DNA from: Balanoglossus misakiensis
Lineage: Eukaryota > Animalia > Hemichordata
Direction of reading: 5' to 3'
Length of the DNA: 64,000 bases
Assembly: GCA_040954595.2 (NCBI GenBank)
Contig: CM082591.2
Location: 10,433,309-10,497,308 of the forward strand
Shown here: piece by piece, positions 25,701 to 38,898 of the stretch
Numbering within the stretch: the stretch's first letter is position 1
Layout of the letters: each line of letters opens with the position of its first letter
Made by a program: the position numbers and the translations under genes
Notes under the pieces: model-generated
Databases searched by the model: none
The model's input: only the letters and a program-made list of their open reading frames with translations
What the model was told of the DNA's origin: nothing

Positions 25701-27314
25701 TACAAAAAAATATATAATATTAGCCCCATGTTCATTAAATCCAAAGGTGAAGGAGGCATCGAGGGCAGTGAAAACTGCAATTAGAAGAAAAGATTATATT
25801 GTTAGGTATGACTTTGTATACGAGTCATTGGATAGTGGTAGATGTCTTCCCCTCAAAAACTATGGAATAACTCTTGAGTATTTGAAAGTAAATTCATATA
25901 AAGTAAATTTGACTGATCAACATTTCAGGAGAGTGCCCAAAATGATGTCTAAAATAAATAAGAAATGGAAGTGCATGCCAGTACCATCAACAAAAAAACA
26001 ACACAAAATTGCCAGAAATGCCGCACATCACTATGCATTCAAAAGAAGAAAGAATATTATGAAGAGAGGAGAGAAAAAATACACCTTCAAAGATACTCAG
26101 GAGTTATTCCAACAGCTGTTTTCAGAATGGAAAGGTCTCTCTACTGAAGAGAAAAACAAACACATCACTGAGTGGGAAAGTGAGAAGTTAAAATTAGGAG
26201 ACAGCAAAGTCTTTGTGCAGGACAATATTAACAAAATGAATATACATAACAGTATTAAATCTCCCATGTACCAGCGTTATGTAAGAGAGCACAATTTACA
26301 CGATTAAATATCTCAGGGGAACTCTTTTAATGCCAATTTTTAGCTTGATATGTTTTTTTGTAAAATCTTTTATTCAGTTTTGTAAAATCTTTAATTTTTA
26401 ATTATTTTATTGCTTTTTGATGTAATTCATTTCTTTAGTAAGGAATTTCGCCATATTTTGTGCTTTATTATTCTTGCTTTGTATACTGTGAAAATGTTTA
26501 CCATATGACAAGTTCAGAAGTTTGAACTTGGTTAGTTCTTGAGACATGTAGATTACATGCTTTCAAAATAAGCTGAACTCTTGAGTGTTGTATGCTTTGT
26601 TGAGGGCCCAACATTTGCCCAAAAGAGTTTCACACTTGTACAAAAGAAAATGCTGTGTTATGTTTTTTTTGTATGAAGTATTGGCATTAAACCAATGTTT
26701 TTAATTCAACACTATTTGAATCCTGTTGATATATTGATGGATGAGGATGAGTTGAATGTGTATGGTAGTGCCAGTGGTCAATATGAAAGAGACTGTTGGC
26801 ATCAACTTGCCCTAGCAATATCAATTTTTCTCTAACCTGTTTTTTACTGACAAGTCCAAGTGCCATCAATTGTATGTCTGCTAGTACATTGTATACATGT
26901 GTGTAAGTAGAGGTGTCTTTGTGTGCAGTGTGCTTGAAAGTCTGGTAAAGATATTGACTATAGTTGTGTGTGCCTGCACAGTTCATATCTTGCAAACATA
27001 TTCCTGCAATAAACTTATCCAGATGGCAGACCATAATCACTACATGTCAAGACAAATGAATCACAATAAAGCATTAGATAGTTGAAGTTTCAACTGCAGT
27101 TGTCATCTTTAGCATCAAAAGTAGTTCCAGGCCTAAAATACTGTGAATATGCTAATTCTAGAAATATTGACTTAAGTGATTTAAATTCAGCTTGGTATCA
27201 GTCAACACCTGATAGGGAAGGGGGTTTATCTTACTTGTGTGTACATTACTTATCTATTTCTGAGATAACAAGGGAGGGTTGGCTGCCTCTACTTTTTAAT
27301 GGAGTGGTAACGTA

Positions 27315-28458
27315 ATGCGAAGAAATCATATAATCAACAACACTGCATCCGTTATGGGAAAAACATGTAAATTCTCCTGGAACATCTTGGTCCTTGCGAC
27401 CATTTATAATATGTACATCAAACGTTTTGCAAAGCATTAATAGAGAGTTACCAAAATTATTTAATATTTTATCTTTAGATTTACGTGGCATGGTAAATTC
27501 GTCACACATGTATGATTCCATTGGCAAGTATTCAGTGGAGTCGTCCACAATAAAGTCATCATTCGATGAGGTCCTTGCATTAAAATCGCCACTTAAAATA
27601 ATATTTACATCTTGATAGTCTGTCAGAATATTTGTAATATATTCTTCTAAGAGGGTTATACCATTTTCATCTGATAAACTACTATATACAGTTGAGTACT
27701 CAGGTGCTATGTAGACGCAACAATATATCACATCCTTAGGGGGTGTGAAATGAAAGAAATCATTATGTAATAACAATACAACAACATCTTGTAATTGACA
27801 ATGCAATTGAGTAATACCAGCAGTAACATTATCACTAGCATAGACAGCAACTCCACCTGCATTCCGTCCTCGTTTACGTATTTTCTTTCTTGGTTTGTTA
27901 AAACAGACATAACCAGGGATACTTGGTGTATCATCAATATCCAACCATGTTTCTACAAAGCCAATAATATTATACGATTTGCATGTAGACAGAAAATCTT
28001 TTAAAGACAGCTTACTTTTGAGGCCTCTTACATTCAGCGTCATTAATTTCAATGCGACTGTTGAGCTGTCACTATTTTTATTCTCTGTATTATAGTAGGT
28101 GTGTACATCAGTGCTATTTCCATCATAATCATCCAGCTTGTTTTCAATATTCGGGCCTTGACCTAACCATTATTTCGACTTATTGACAGGTTTGATATCG
28201 TCATTATTTGCGTCGTATGTATATGCTGTACCTTCAATAATAATTTTATCATAGGAGAGTTTGCAACGTTTATTGTTTTCACGGGCTTGTCTAAGAAATT
28301 TAAATAAGTTCTTTCTGGTATTACGTACACGTGCTGAAAAGTCTTCGGCGATGCGGTACTGTGTCTGTGTTCCCTTCCACTTCGACGTGGTGCGCAGCAC
28401 CTGTTCTTTCTGCTTGAAACTTGCGCACTTGGCTATGATTGGTCGCGGTCTCGATCTG
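27315..28458 (-). mobile_element. Internal fragment of a LINE (CR1/L2-group-like): ORF1 C-terminus plus ORF2 APE endonuclease
   Basis: APE motifs TLNVRGL, VETWL, GGVAVY, GDFNAR, NGR, FT and VVDY (28052-27315). ORF1 tail RPRPIIAK...IAEDFS..VR..RK.L (28458-28170). No RT domain follows. Confidence 0.88.
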
Positions 28459-29058
28459 GAATTTTGTAAACAAACGAGGCTGTGTTTGGAAGCAACCATG
28501 GAAACTTTAGAACTATCCGTCGATCTACAGACTCTAGAGGAAAACTTTCTTATCCTCATAGGCCTATCATGTGTTCTGCGCATCACAACAGAATTTTGTA
28601 AACAAACGAGGCTGTGTTTGGAAGCAACCATGGAAACTTTAGAACTATCCGTCGATCTACAGAGTCTAGTGGAAAACTTTCTTATGCGCATAGACCTATC
28701 ATGTGTTCTGCGCATCACAACAGAATTTTGTAAACAAACGAGGCTGTGTTTGGAAGCATCCATGGAAACTTTAGAACTATCCGTCGATCTACAGAGTCTA
28801 GTGGAAAATTTTCTTATCCTCATAGACCTATCATGTGTTCTGCGCATCACAACAGAATTTTGTAAACAAACGAGGCTGTGTTTGGAAGCAACCATGGAAA
28901 CTTTAGAACTATCCGTCGATCTACAGAGTCTAGTGGAAAACTTTCTTATGCGCATAGACCTATCATGTGTTCTGCGCATCCCAACAGAATTTTGTAAACA
29001 AACGAGGCTGTGTTTGGAAGCAACCATGGAAACTTTAGAACTAACCGTCGATCTACAG
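28459..29058. repeat. 132-bp satellite, about 4.5 monomers left of the BEL insertion
   Basis: Same monomer as 39495-64000, and the register continues across the BEL element. Confidence 0.97.
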
Positions 29059-29307
29059 TGGAGAAAAAAAGAACCACTCCCGTCGCTCTTAATTTGCATT
29101 TTAACTCTTTATTTTGCATGTCAATACTTCATTTGAATATTTGGCAGGCCTAACAGTGTTGTCCCACTGCAGTTAAAGTTTTGGCCCAAGACTTGTAAAT
29201 AGTTTTTGTCTGAATGGGTCTAGGGTTCGCTTTTCGTATTGGTTCGTATCCATGGAATAAACCGTCGGTTACAGAAGACCGTGTCATCCTTGTACTTCTT
29301 CGCAACA
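29059..29307 (+). repeat. BEL/Pao 5' LTR
   Basis: TGGAGAAA...CGCAACA, a direct repeat of 39246-39494, containing AATAAA. Confidence 0.96.
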
Positions 29308-29310
29308 TTT

Positions 29311-29328
29311 TGGTAGCAGAGCATGGTT
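29311..29328 (+). promoter_or_regulatory. Primer-binding site, initiator tRNA-Met-like
   Basis: TGGTAGCAGAGCATGGTT, three bases after the LTR. It differs by one base from the recalled complement of the metazoan tRNA-iMet 3' end. Confidence 0.8.
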
Positions 29329-29338
29329 TGAGGCAAAT

Positions 29339-30546
29339 ATGCACGAAGAACACGGATCCGGTCAGCATTTGGAGGAAGAGGTAAGAGAGGAGCAGCCCGA
29401 AGACATGGAAGCTACCGAAGAGCGAGTTGAAGACCTGAAGCAGAGCAAGTCCAGGGCCAAGGCTGTGTTCACCAGGGTGAGACATCAACTGCTGCGACTA
29501 CTGGAGGAAGAAGACCCGCCCACCAGCTGCCAACAGGTTAGAGACTTTAGTCAAAATTTGGACGCTGCTGTGGAAAACGCGTTGGACATAATGGCCAAGT
29601 TATCTGATGAGTATCAGCGGTTGAAGGATCGACAGAACCGGAGAAAAGTAAGTCAAGAAATGGACAAATTGGAAACTGAGTTTACCGAAGCACAGAACCA
29701 AGTGCAGGACTATATACGAGCTAGTAAGGTGGACTCGTCAAGTACAGGATCAAGAAGTTCCAGCAAGGTGCATATCCGACAGCAAAAGGAAAAGGAAGCC
29801 CGTCAGCAAGTAGAAAAGATCCAAGAAGAGGTCAGACGAAAAGAATCGGAACTCGAGTATATGAAGCAACAAGTGGAAAAAGAGTGCACGTCGCAAAAAG
29901 GAATTGGATGAACAAATGCGTTATGATTATGGGCGTCTTCGAGCAGCTGAACAGGACTTGAAGGAAAGATATCGTGAACTAGAATATGAAATAGACACTG
30001 ACATTGGACTAAAATGTAATCCATCATCGGACATTGAAGCTTGCATCAGCGCGGACATGGGTGAGGTGACTCTTCATGACAATCCACCACAGCAGGAGCC
30101 GAAGGAAAAGTCTTCCCAAAGTAAAGGTATCGTACATTCTACCAATACCACTTCACATCAGGCATCCAATTCGGTTGCAATTTGTCAGGACTTGTGGAAA
30201 CAACTTCAACGTGTATCAATTCCAATATTTTCGGGTGATAAGAGACTTTACGAAAGTTGGAAAGCAGCATTCTATGCATGCATCGACCAAGCCCCTGCAA
30301 CGCCCGAGTACAAGCTCCTTCAACTTCGTCAATATCTGTCTGGGGAAGCTCTCAAGGTGATAGAAAATCTGGGACATTCTGCGACTGCCTACCAAGCTGC
30401 AAAAGATAGGCTAGAACGGAAATATGGTGGGACACGTCGTCAAATCGCGTTATTTTTGGAAGATTTGGACAATGTTAAACCCATACGACCAGGAAATTGT
30501 AAAGACATTGAACGCTTTGCGGACTTGTTGGACATTGCTGTAGTTA
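29339..30546 (+). pseudogene. gag: BEL/Pao gag, 5' part (coiled coil plus DUF1759-like), frameshifted and truncated
   Basis: IPIFSGD...YESWKAAF, KLLQLRQYLSGEA and YQAAKDRLERKYGG. Confidence 0.88.
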
Positions 30547-33500
30547 TAGTCCATGGGCCAGACAGGAATTTGGTATCAGAAAGATGGACAAAGCCTCACA
30601 TGGTTTTTTGGAAAGGCCTATATCTCTAGATTATAAATTGGGGTGATAGCCCTGCCTATCGAGTAGCTTTCTGCATTTTTTCCCTCAAAAACTAATGTAA
30701 GAACCTAAAAATTTCCGACCCAAATTTTGGGGGTAGGGGAACTTTAAATTGCTGTAACTCCAGCAGAACTAAAGCCAGAACAGTCATTTACCACTCAAAT
30801 TGTGTGTTTTTTAGAACTCTACCAAAATAATATATTTTGGTGGTAATTCGTTTTGAATTGAGGTCAATAGAGGTCAAAAGGTCATGAAATTTGGGTCATT
30901 CTGAACATTCGTAGTATGACTATTTCTTGAACGATTTTTTTGAACTTAAGTCTTCAAATGTCATTTACAAGATAAAATACTCTCCCAGAATCTATTTAAA
31001 ACCAATAGAAAACCTTATTATTCATTTATGACCAGAAAAACACAAATAAAGAGAAACGACAGAAAGACATCCAATTTTCCACTCAGATTTAAGGGTAGGG
31101 GAAACTTAAGTTCTTGTAACTCCGGCAAAAATAAACCCAGAACAGTCATCTACCACTCAAATTGTGTGTTTTTAAGAACTCTACCAATATAATATATTTT
31201 GGTGGTAATTCGTTTTGAATTGAGGTCAATAGAGGTCAAAAGGTCATGAAATTTGGGTCATTCTGAACATTTGTAGTATGACTATTTCTTGAACGATTTT
31301 TTTGAACTTATAAGTCTTTAAATGTCATTTAGAAGATAAAATACTCTCCCAGAATCTATTTCAAACCAATAAAAAACCCTATTATTCAATTACGATCAGA
31401 AAAACACAAATACAGAGATACGGAAGAATGGCACAAGACTTCAGACCCTGTTATTGGGGTAGTAGTTGTAACTCCGGCAAAAATAAAGCCAGGAAAGTCA
31501 TCTACCTCTCAAATTGTGTGTTTTTTAGCACTCTAGCGATTGTATATGTATTTGTTGCAATTTTGTTTTGAATTTAGGTCAAAGAGGTCAAAAGATCACA
31601 AGATTTGGGTAATTTCGAAAAATTATGGTACGAACATATCCCGCATTAATTTTTTAAACCCATGTCTTCAAATGTCATTTATGAGATAAAATACTCTACA
31701 CGATTTTTTTTCAGACCAATTGAAGACCTTATTATTCAATTACAATCAGAAAAAAAATTTGTAGAGAAACGGGATAATAACAAACAATTTCCCACGGATT
31801 TTGGGGTAGGTTTGGCCATCTAACAGGTAAGTATACACCCAACTGATCATGCACATATGGTGTTAAGGAGAACGGATGTGCAAATTTGTGAACCTTTGCA
31901 TGCTGCTCATGTGCACTGTACTTGTATGATGATTCCTAACAATACTACGAGAAGGGGCCATTAAGGCATTGTAGCTCTGATTGTGTATTATTGTTGGATA
32001 CCATCCTACAGTGTACAGGCACAGCAGATGACAAGCCAAGCAAAGGTTCAAAAATCTGCTTATTTTTTCCCCTCGACACAATATGAGCATGATCTATTTA
32101 TATTCAGGTCCAGTATAATAAATAAAAAATGGCAAACCCATCTTCTATTCCACACAAGAGGGCTCGACGGGATTGTTTTCTCGACTGTCATGAATCCGAC
32201 CATAAAGCAAGCCTCGTCACTCTACAAGATCACGCCTCCTGGATAACTTTGCTGAATACAGCTAACATACAAAAATACAAACCAATTCAGGACCTCGCCA
32301 TTGGTTTGGGCGAAGGTGAAATTCCTCAGGTGCAGTACCATCGGAAATGCCGAAGTCTCTTTACGATGAAGAAGGCTCTTGAATCTATCCTTTCTAATGA
32401 GTAGTCGTCATCAACTGAGGGAACCAATACACTGGAACGTGAAAAGAGGTCGAGCATACAAGGGTCTCGGTGTATGATCACATTTGCCTATTTTTCTCCA
32501 CCACCAAGTACATGAAGGGAAGTAGGACAAGAGCTCCTTAATAGGGAGTATACAAGGCCTGATATTCAAGCAGGTTCAAGTCATATGGAGGTTGATGAAA
32601 GTCAACATGATCAAGATACTAGTTATGAGGATGTCCTGCAAATTGCTCAAGAAGAGTTATTTTCTTTTATCAGAAATGATTTGTTCACAAACCCTGAGGT
32701 AGTTCCCCTGACTGATCTATCAAACAAGTTAGTTACCAAAATGCTCCAACTTGGTGTTAAACAGGTTAACAATTCCACCAACAAAACTTGCAGCATACGC
32801 TAAATACGGAATTCAAAGGGACAATGATGTAAATGGTAGGGTGCTTGTATATCCGTCTCACTAGATATAGGTACTGTTGACCTGAAGTACAATGCTGTAA
32901 GAAAAGAACTTCTTGCAGCAGAAAAACAATCACATGAAAGTATCATCACCACATCTGCTCTAATCCTGCTTACGCTGGTGAATATCAGGCCTTGTATAGT
33001 CCCTATAACACTTTCTATGATAGTGACCCTCAGCAGCAACCAACTCACGACTGAGAAGTGCACGAATTTTACTGTCATTTTTTCTTGTTGCTGCCTCCCT
33101 TAATGTGTTGTCCGCACGCAATTGCTGACAACGAACTTAGGAGCTCTTGTCCTACTTCCCTTCATGTACTTGGTGGTGGAGCAAAATAGGCAAATATGAT
33201 CGTACACCCGAGACCCTTGTATGCTCGACCTCTTTTCACGTTCCAGTGTATTGGTTCCCTCAGTTGATGACGACTGCTCTTTAGAAAGGATAGATTCAAG
33301 AGCCTTTTTCATCGTAAAGAGACTTCTGCATTTCCGATCGTACTGCACCTGGAATTTCACCTTCGCCTAAACCAATGGCGAGGTCCTGAATTGGTTTGTA
33401 TTTTTGTATGTTAGCTGTATTCAGCAAAGTTATCCAGGAGGCGTGATCTTGTAGAGTGACGAGGCCATTTTTTTATTTATTATACTGGACCTGAATATAA

Positions 33501-35059
33501 AGAGATCATGCTCATATTGTGTTGAGGAAAAAAAATAAGCAGATTTTTGAACCTTTCCTTGGCTTGTCATCTGCTGTGCCTGTACACTGTAGGATGGTAT
33601 CCAACAATAATACACAATCAGAGCTACAATGCTATAATGGCCCCTTCTCGTAGTATTGTTAGGAATCATCATACAAGTACAGTGCACATGAGCAGCATGC
33701 AAAGGTTCACAAATTTGCACATCCGTTCTCCTAAACACCATATGTGCATGATCAGTTGGGTGTATACTTACCTGTTAGATGGCCAAACCTACCCCAAAAT
33801 CCGTGGGAAATTGTTTGTTATTATCCCGTTTCTCTACTAATTTTTTTTCTGATTGTAATTGAATAATAAGGTCTTCAATTGGTCTGAAAAAAAATCGTGT
33901 AGAGTATTTTATCTCATAAATGACATTTGAAGACTTGGGTTTAAAAAATTAATGCGGGAAATGTTCGTACCATAATTTTTCGAAATTACCCAAATCTTGT
34001 GATCTTTTGACCTCTTTGACCTAAATTCAAAACAAAATTGCAACAAATACATATACAATCGCTAGAGTGCTAAAAAACACACAATTTGAGAGGTAGATGA
34101 CTTTTCTGGCTTTATTTTTGCCGGAGTTACAACTACTACCCCAATAACAGGGTCTGAAGTCTTGTGCCATTCTTCCGTATCTCTGTATTTGTGTTTTTCT
34201 GATCGTAATTGAATAATAGGGTTTTTTATTGGTTTGAAATAGATTCTGGGAGAGTATTTTATCTTCTAAATGACATTTAAAGACTTAAGTTAAAAAAAAT
34301 CGTTCAAGAAATAGTCATACTACAAATGTTCAGAATGACCCAAATTTCATGACCTTTTGACCTCTATTGGCCTTAATTCAAAACGAATTACCACCAAAAT
34401 ATATTATATTGGTAGAGTTCTAAAAAACACACAATTTGAGTGGTAGATGACTGTTCTGGGTTTATTTTTGCCGGAGTTACAAGAACTTAAGTTTCCCCTA
34501 CCCTTAAATCTGAGTGGAAAATTGGATGTCTTTCTGTCGTTTCTCTTTATTTGTGTTTTTCTGGTCATAAATGAATAATAAGGTTTTCTATTGGTTTGAA
34601 ATAGATTCTGGGAGAGTATTTTATCTTGTAAATGACATTTAAAGACTTAAGTTCAAAACAATCGTTCAAGAAATAGTCATACTACAAATGTTCAGAATGA
34701 CCCAAATTTCATGACCTTTTGACCTCTATTGACCTCAATTCAAAACGAATTACCACCAAAATATATTATTTTGGTAGAGTTCTAAAAAACACACAATTTG
34801 AGTGGTAAATGACTGTTCTGGCTTTAGTTTTGCTGGAGTTACAGCAATTTAAATTTCCCCTACCCTCAAAATTTGGGTCGGAAATTTTTAGGTTCTTACA
34901 TTAGTTTTTGAGGGAAAAAATGCAGAAAGCTACTCGATAGGCAGGGCTATCACCCCAATTTATAATCTAGAGATATAGGCCTTTCCAAAAATCTATGTGA
35001 GGCTTTTTCCATCTTTCTGATACCAATTTATGAAAAATGGGGTCCTGGCCCATGGACTA
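30547..35059. mobile_element. Palindromic Academ-type DNA transposon derivative (about 2-kb inverted arms)
   Basis: TAGTCCATGGGCCAG...CTGGCCCATGGACTA termini. Arms 30547-32537 and 33137-35059 are near reverse complements, each with subterminal repeats of about 360 bp and a decayed N-terminus (SWITLL...YHRKCRSLFTMKK...CLFC). Confidence 0.82.
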
Positions 35060-38000
35060 ATACCCAACCGATATCTGTCAATGTGCTCAACGGACATCTG
35101 AAAACTTTCCAAACAACTCCAGTAGAAGTTGGACTCGAGAGCATCAATGGAGACGTGGACATGAGCATCTGCGCATTTACAACGGACAGAGTAACAGGTA
35201 ACATGCGTGTGATAGACTGGAGATCTCGAAATGAAAAATGGTCTCATCTGAAAGGAATAGACTTTCCGAAGCTCGGCGCCAGGCCAATCGTTGATATTCT
35301 TATTGGTCTGGATTACGCTGATCTGCATTACTCCTTCAGGGACATCAGAGGGAAACCAGGTGAGCCCATTGCACGACTTACACCATTAGGTTGGACTTGT
35401 ATCGGCAATCCAGACGGTAACCAGGGGCGTCCTCTACAAACGCACTTTGTAAAAACTTACTTTGTTCAAGACCAAAACAAGTTAGAAGACCTAAATTCTA
35501 CTCTGAGGAAATTCTGGGAGATCGATAATCTACCTAGCCCAGCAGAAAGTTTGAATGTGTCTCTGGACGATCGAACTGCACTAGAACTTGCCAACAGATC
35601 ACTAAAACTACAAAATGGCCGATACCAGGTGGGAATCCCATGGAGAGAAGATGCCCGAGAATTGCCTGATAACTATGATATGGCATTACGACGATTAGAG
35701 AACACTGAGAAACGGTTAGTGAAGGATCCGCAAGTTGCCACAGCATATTCAACTACCTTGAATCAATACATCGAGAAGGGCTACATCCGAAAGGTTCCCC
35801 AGAGTGAGAGAAAACCAGAGAACAAGTGGTACCTGCCTCATTTTCCAGTAGTGCGGCCTGATAAAGCAACGACGAAGACACGCATTGTGTTTGATGCATC
35901 TGCAAGATATCAAGGGATCTCTCTGAATGATGTCATCTATCAAGGACCAAAGTTACAACCTGACTTATTCGATGTGTTGCTCCGTTTTCGACGACATCCT
36001 GTGGCCGTGGTGAGTGATATAGCAGAGATGTACCTGAGGATAGAAATTCCGCCTGACGACCGAGTCTTTCATCGATTCCTGTGGAGAGACCTGAATCAAC
36101 AGGAAGTACCAGATGAGTATGAATTTAGCAGAGTTGTTTTTGGAGTGAACTCTTCTCCATTCTTGGCGCAGTTCGTGACACAAACTCATGCAAAGTCGCA
36201 TGCCAATGATCTTCCAATGGCTGCAGAGACTGTATTGAAATCTACATACATGGATGACAGCATGGACTCAGTAAAAAATGAACAGCAAGCTGTCAGACTA
36301 TACAACGAGTTGTCCGAACTTTGGGAGATGGCTGGAATGCATGCACGTAAGTGGTTGTCCAATTCAGCGACTGTGTTAGAGAAAATACCTACCAAAGACA
36401 GAGCATGCGAAGTGGATCTGGATCAAGGTGAGCTACCTTCAATAAAGACTCTTGGTATCTGGTGGATAGCTGAAGAAGATGTATTCACCTTCAGAGCAAA
36501 TCCTCCCAACCATGAGTACGTAATCACAAAGCGCAACTTCCTGAAGAAGATTGCCACGTTATTCGATCCACTGGGCTTTCTGGCACCATTCATTATCCGA
36601 GCAAAAGTACTACTTCAAGACATGTGGGCCGCGGGGCTGGATTGGGACAGTGATCCTGGCAACAACCTCACCACCAGAGCTCGAAAATGGTTCAATGAAT
36701 TGACGGATCTGGAGAACATAAAAGTTCCAAGATGTTTACAAGCGCCAAATGAGCTAGCGTCAATGACCTTGCATGTATTTGTAGATGCCTCCCAGGATGC
36801 CTATGGTGCCGTCGTCTATGCAAGAAATGAATATGAAGACGCCACAGTTTCTCATCATATGATAGCAGCAAAAACTCGAGTGGCACCCCTGACAAGCATC
36901 AGTATTCCTCGCCTTGAACTAATGGGAGCCATTCTTGGACTACGATTATCCGAATCGATTGCAGAAGCACTTGGTATTAGTCTGACTGAGGTCGTATTTT
37001 GGTCAGACAGCATGAATGTCCTGTGGTGGATCAGAAGTCGGAGCCGGAAGTTCAAGCCCTTTGTTGCAAACAGAGTTGGAGAAATCCAAGGATCTACAAA
37101 CCCTGACCAATGGAGGTACGTGTCCACAAAAGAAAACCCAGCTGACTTGGTTACTAGAGGGATAACGGCGATAGATCTAGCTCATGAAGATCTCTGGTGG
37201 AAAGGACCAGAATTCCTTGCGAAATCTCCATCAGATTGGCCATAAAACCCTGTGACAAAAGCAGCCGAGTCGGAAGACGCCGAGATGAAGAAAACTTATC
37301 AGCCAACAACCCTTGTTGTGAATCAACCCCAAAGTAACAACCACTGTGACCAGTCAAAAGCCAAACCTGAGCAACACGCAAAAGATGTGCCAGCGGCTGT
37401 GGGTGAACTTGACACTGTACTACTGAGGCCGAACCAGTTTTGTTGGACAAAACTGACGAGAACTCAAGCATGGATCTATCGGTTTCTGCATAACTGTAGA
37501 CATCCCAAAGAAGAACGAAGAAAAGGAGAATTACATGTACTTCCAGACGAAATAGAAGAAGCAGAAATAGTGATCATCAGGCGTACGAAAGCCGAATCAT
37601 TTCCTGAAGAGTATTCGTCACTCGTCCATAACAAGGAACTCCCAAAGAAGAGCAAGATACTCAGCCTTCGACCACGAATTGATGAAGATGGCTTGATGAG
37701 ATGCGATGGCCGGTTAAGGTATGCGGACTACTTACCATATGATGTTCGTTATCCTGTCATTCTCCCCAGAAGAAACTGGGTTACCAAACTGATAGTAAAG
37801 CACTACCACGAACTTGGAGAACATACTGCTGGGACAAACCACACTCTATCAGCCTTATCGGCAAGATTTTGGATCATCGCTGGACGTGAAGAAATCCGTC
37901 AGTGGGAGCATGAATGTGCGGAATGTCGACGACGCAAAGCCAAGGCAGCAAGTCAAGTTATGGCGCCACTACCTAGAATTCGACTGAATATGCCTCTACG

Positions 38001-38898
38001 TGCATTTGCTGATGTAGCAGTGGATTATGCTGGTCCATTTATTACAATCCAGGGGCGTGGTAAACAAAGAACCAAACGTTACTTGTGCTTATTTACCTGC
38101 TTGGCTACTAGAGCTGTTCATCTAGAAGTCGCCTATGGACTCGATACTGATTCATTTCTGAATGCCTTCTATAGGATGGTCAACCGTAGAGGACTTCCAA
38201 AGTGTGTGCTCTCTGATAATGGCACTAATTTCGTGGCTGCTGACAAGGAACTGAGAGAATTGATCCAGCAACTGGATAAAGACCAAGTCAGCAGATCAAC
38301 AGCAAACCAAGGTATAAAGTGGAGCTTCAATCCTCCCTTAGCACCTCACTTTGGTGGCGTCCATGAGACCATGATCAAGGCAGCGAAGAGAGCAATCTAT
38401 GCCATACTGAAGAATGCTGACATAACAGATGAGGAACTTTTAACGGCCGTGACAGGGGCGGAAGCACTCATCAATTCAAGACCAATCACCTATCAATCTG
38501 CCAATCCAGATGACATTACACCTCTGACGCCAAACCACGTCCTACATGGTCAAGTTGGGGGACAGTTCGCTCCCGACTCCGTCGATACTACCGACTACAC
38601 TCCCAGGAAAAGATGGCGAAGACTCCAAGAGCTGATGAAACACTTTTGGAAGAGGTGGATGCAGGAATGGTTGCCTTCACTAAATGTGCGTAAGAAGTGG
38701 TTCACCACCAAAAGGGACCTCCAAGTTGGTGATATTGTCCTTGTCATATCACCGGGTACTCAACGTGGACACTGGCCCCTTGGACTTATATCGGACGTTC
38801 ACCCCGGTCGCAATGGACATGTACGCGTGGTAACCGTGAAGACCGGAGAAACTACATTTCGGCGACCAATCTCGAAAGTGTGCCCTCTGGAATTTTGA
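35060..38898 (+). pseudogene. pol: BEL/Pao pol (end of protease, RT, RNase H, integrase) with an in-frame stop at 37243-37245
   Basis: WYLPHFPV, TTKTRIVFDAS, FGVNSSPF, YMDD, FDPLG, FVDASQDAYG, IPRLEL, ENPAD; integrase H..H..CAEC, VDYAGP, SDNGTNF, HFGGVHE; C-terminal RPISKVCPL. Confidence 0.95.

Larger units (their letters stand above)
20382..26307 (+). pseudogene. Large multidomain RAG1/Transib-like transposase (protease-like, repeat, DDE core, IQ, BRCT-like, HMG-like), fragmented by frameshifts and an insertion
   Basis: Seven consecutive + strand ORF pieces. Core motifs YGDGRE, ESDSRDNL, LSGDEMFL, CTLHG..R, IW.SF, LTPYM and SQGGEHTN occur in RAG1/Transib order. Also SCAIDAFL...GHFW...LNDL, AAILIQKVYRGYYTRKKL, FVCVG...IKQLIVHNGGRV, and LFSEWKGLSTEEKNKH. 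Confidence 0.75.

Noticed and set aside
26687-27315. Convergent RAG2-like or JAB-like gene downstream of the RAG1-like ORF
   Set aside because: Only short ORFs are present. The His-rich stretch lacks correct JAB spacing and no kelch or PHD pattern is visible.
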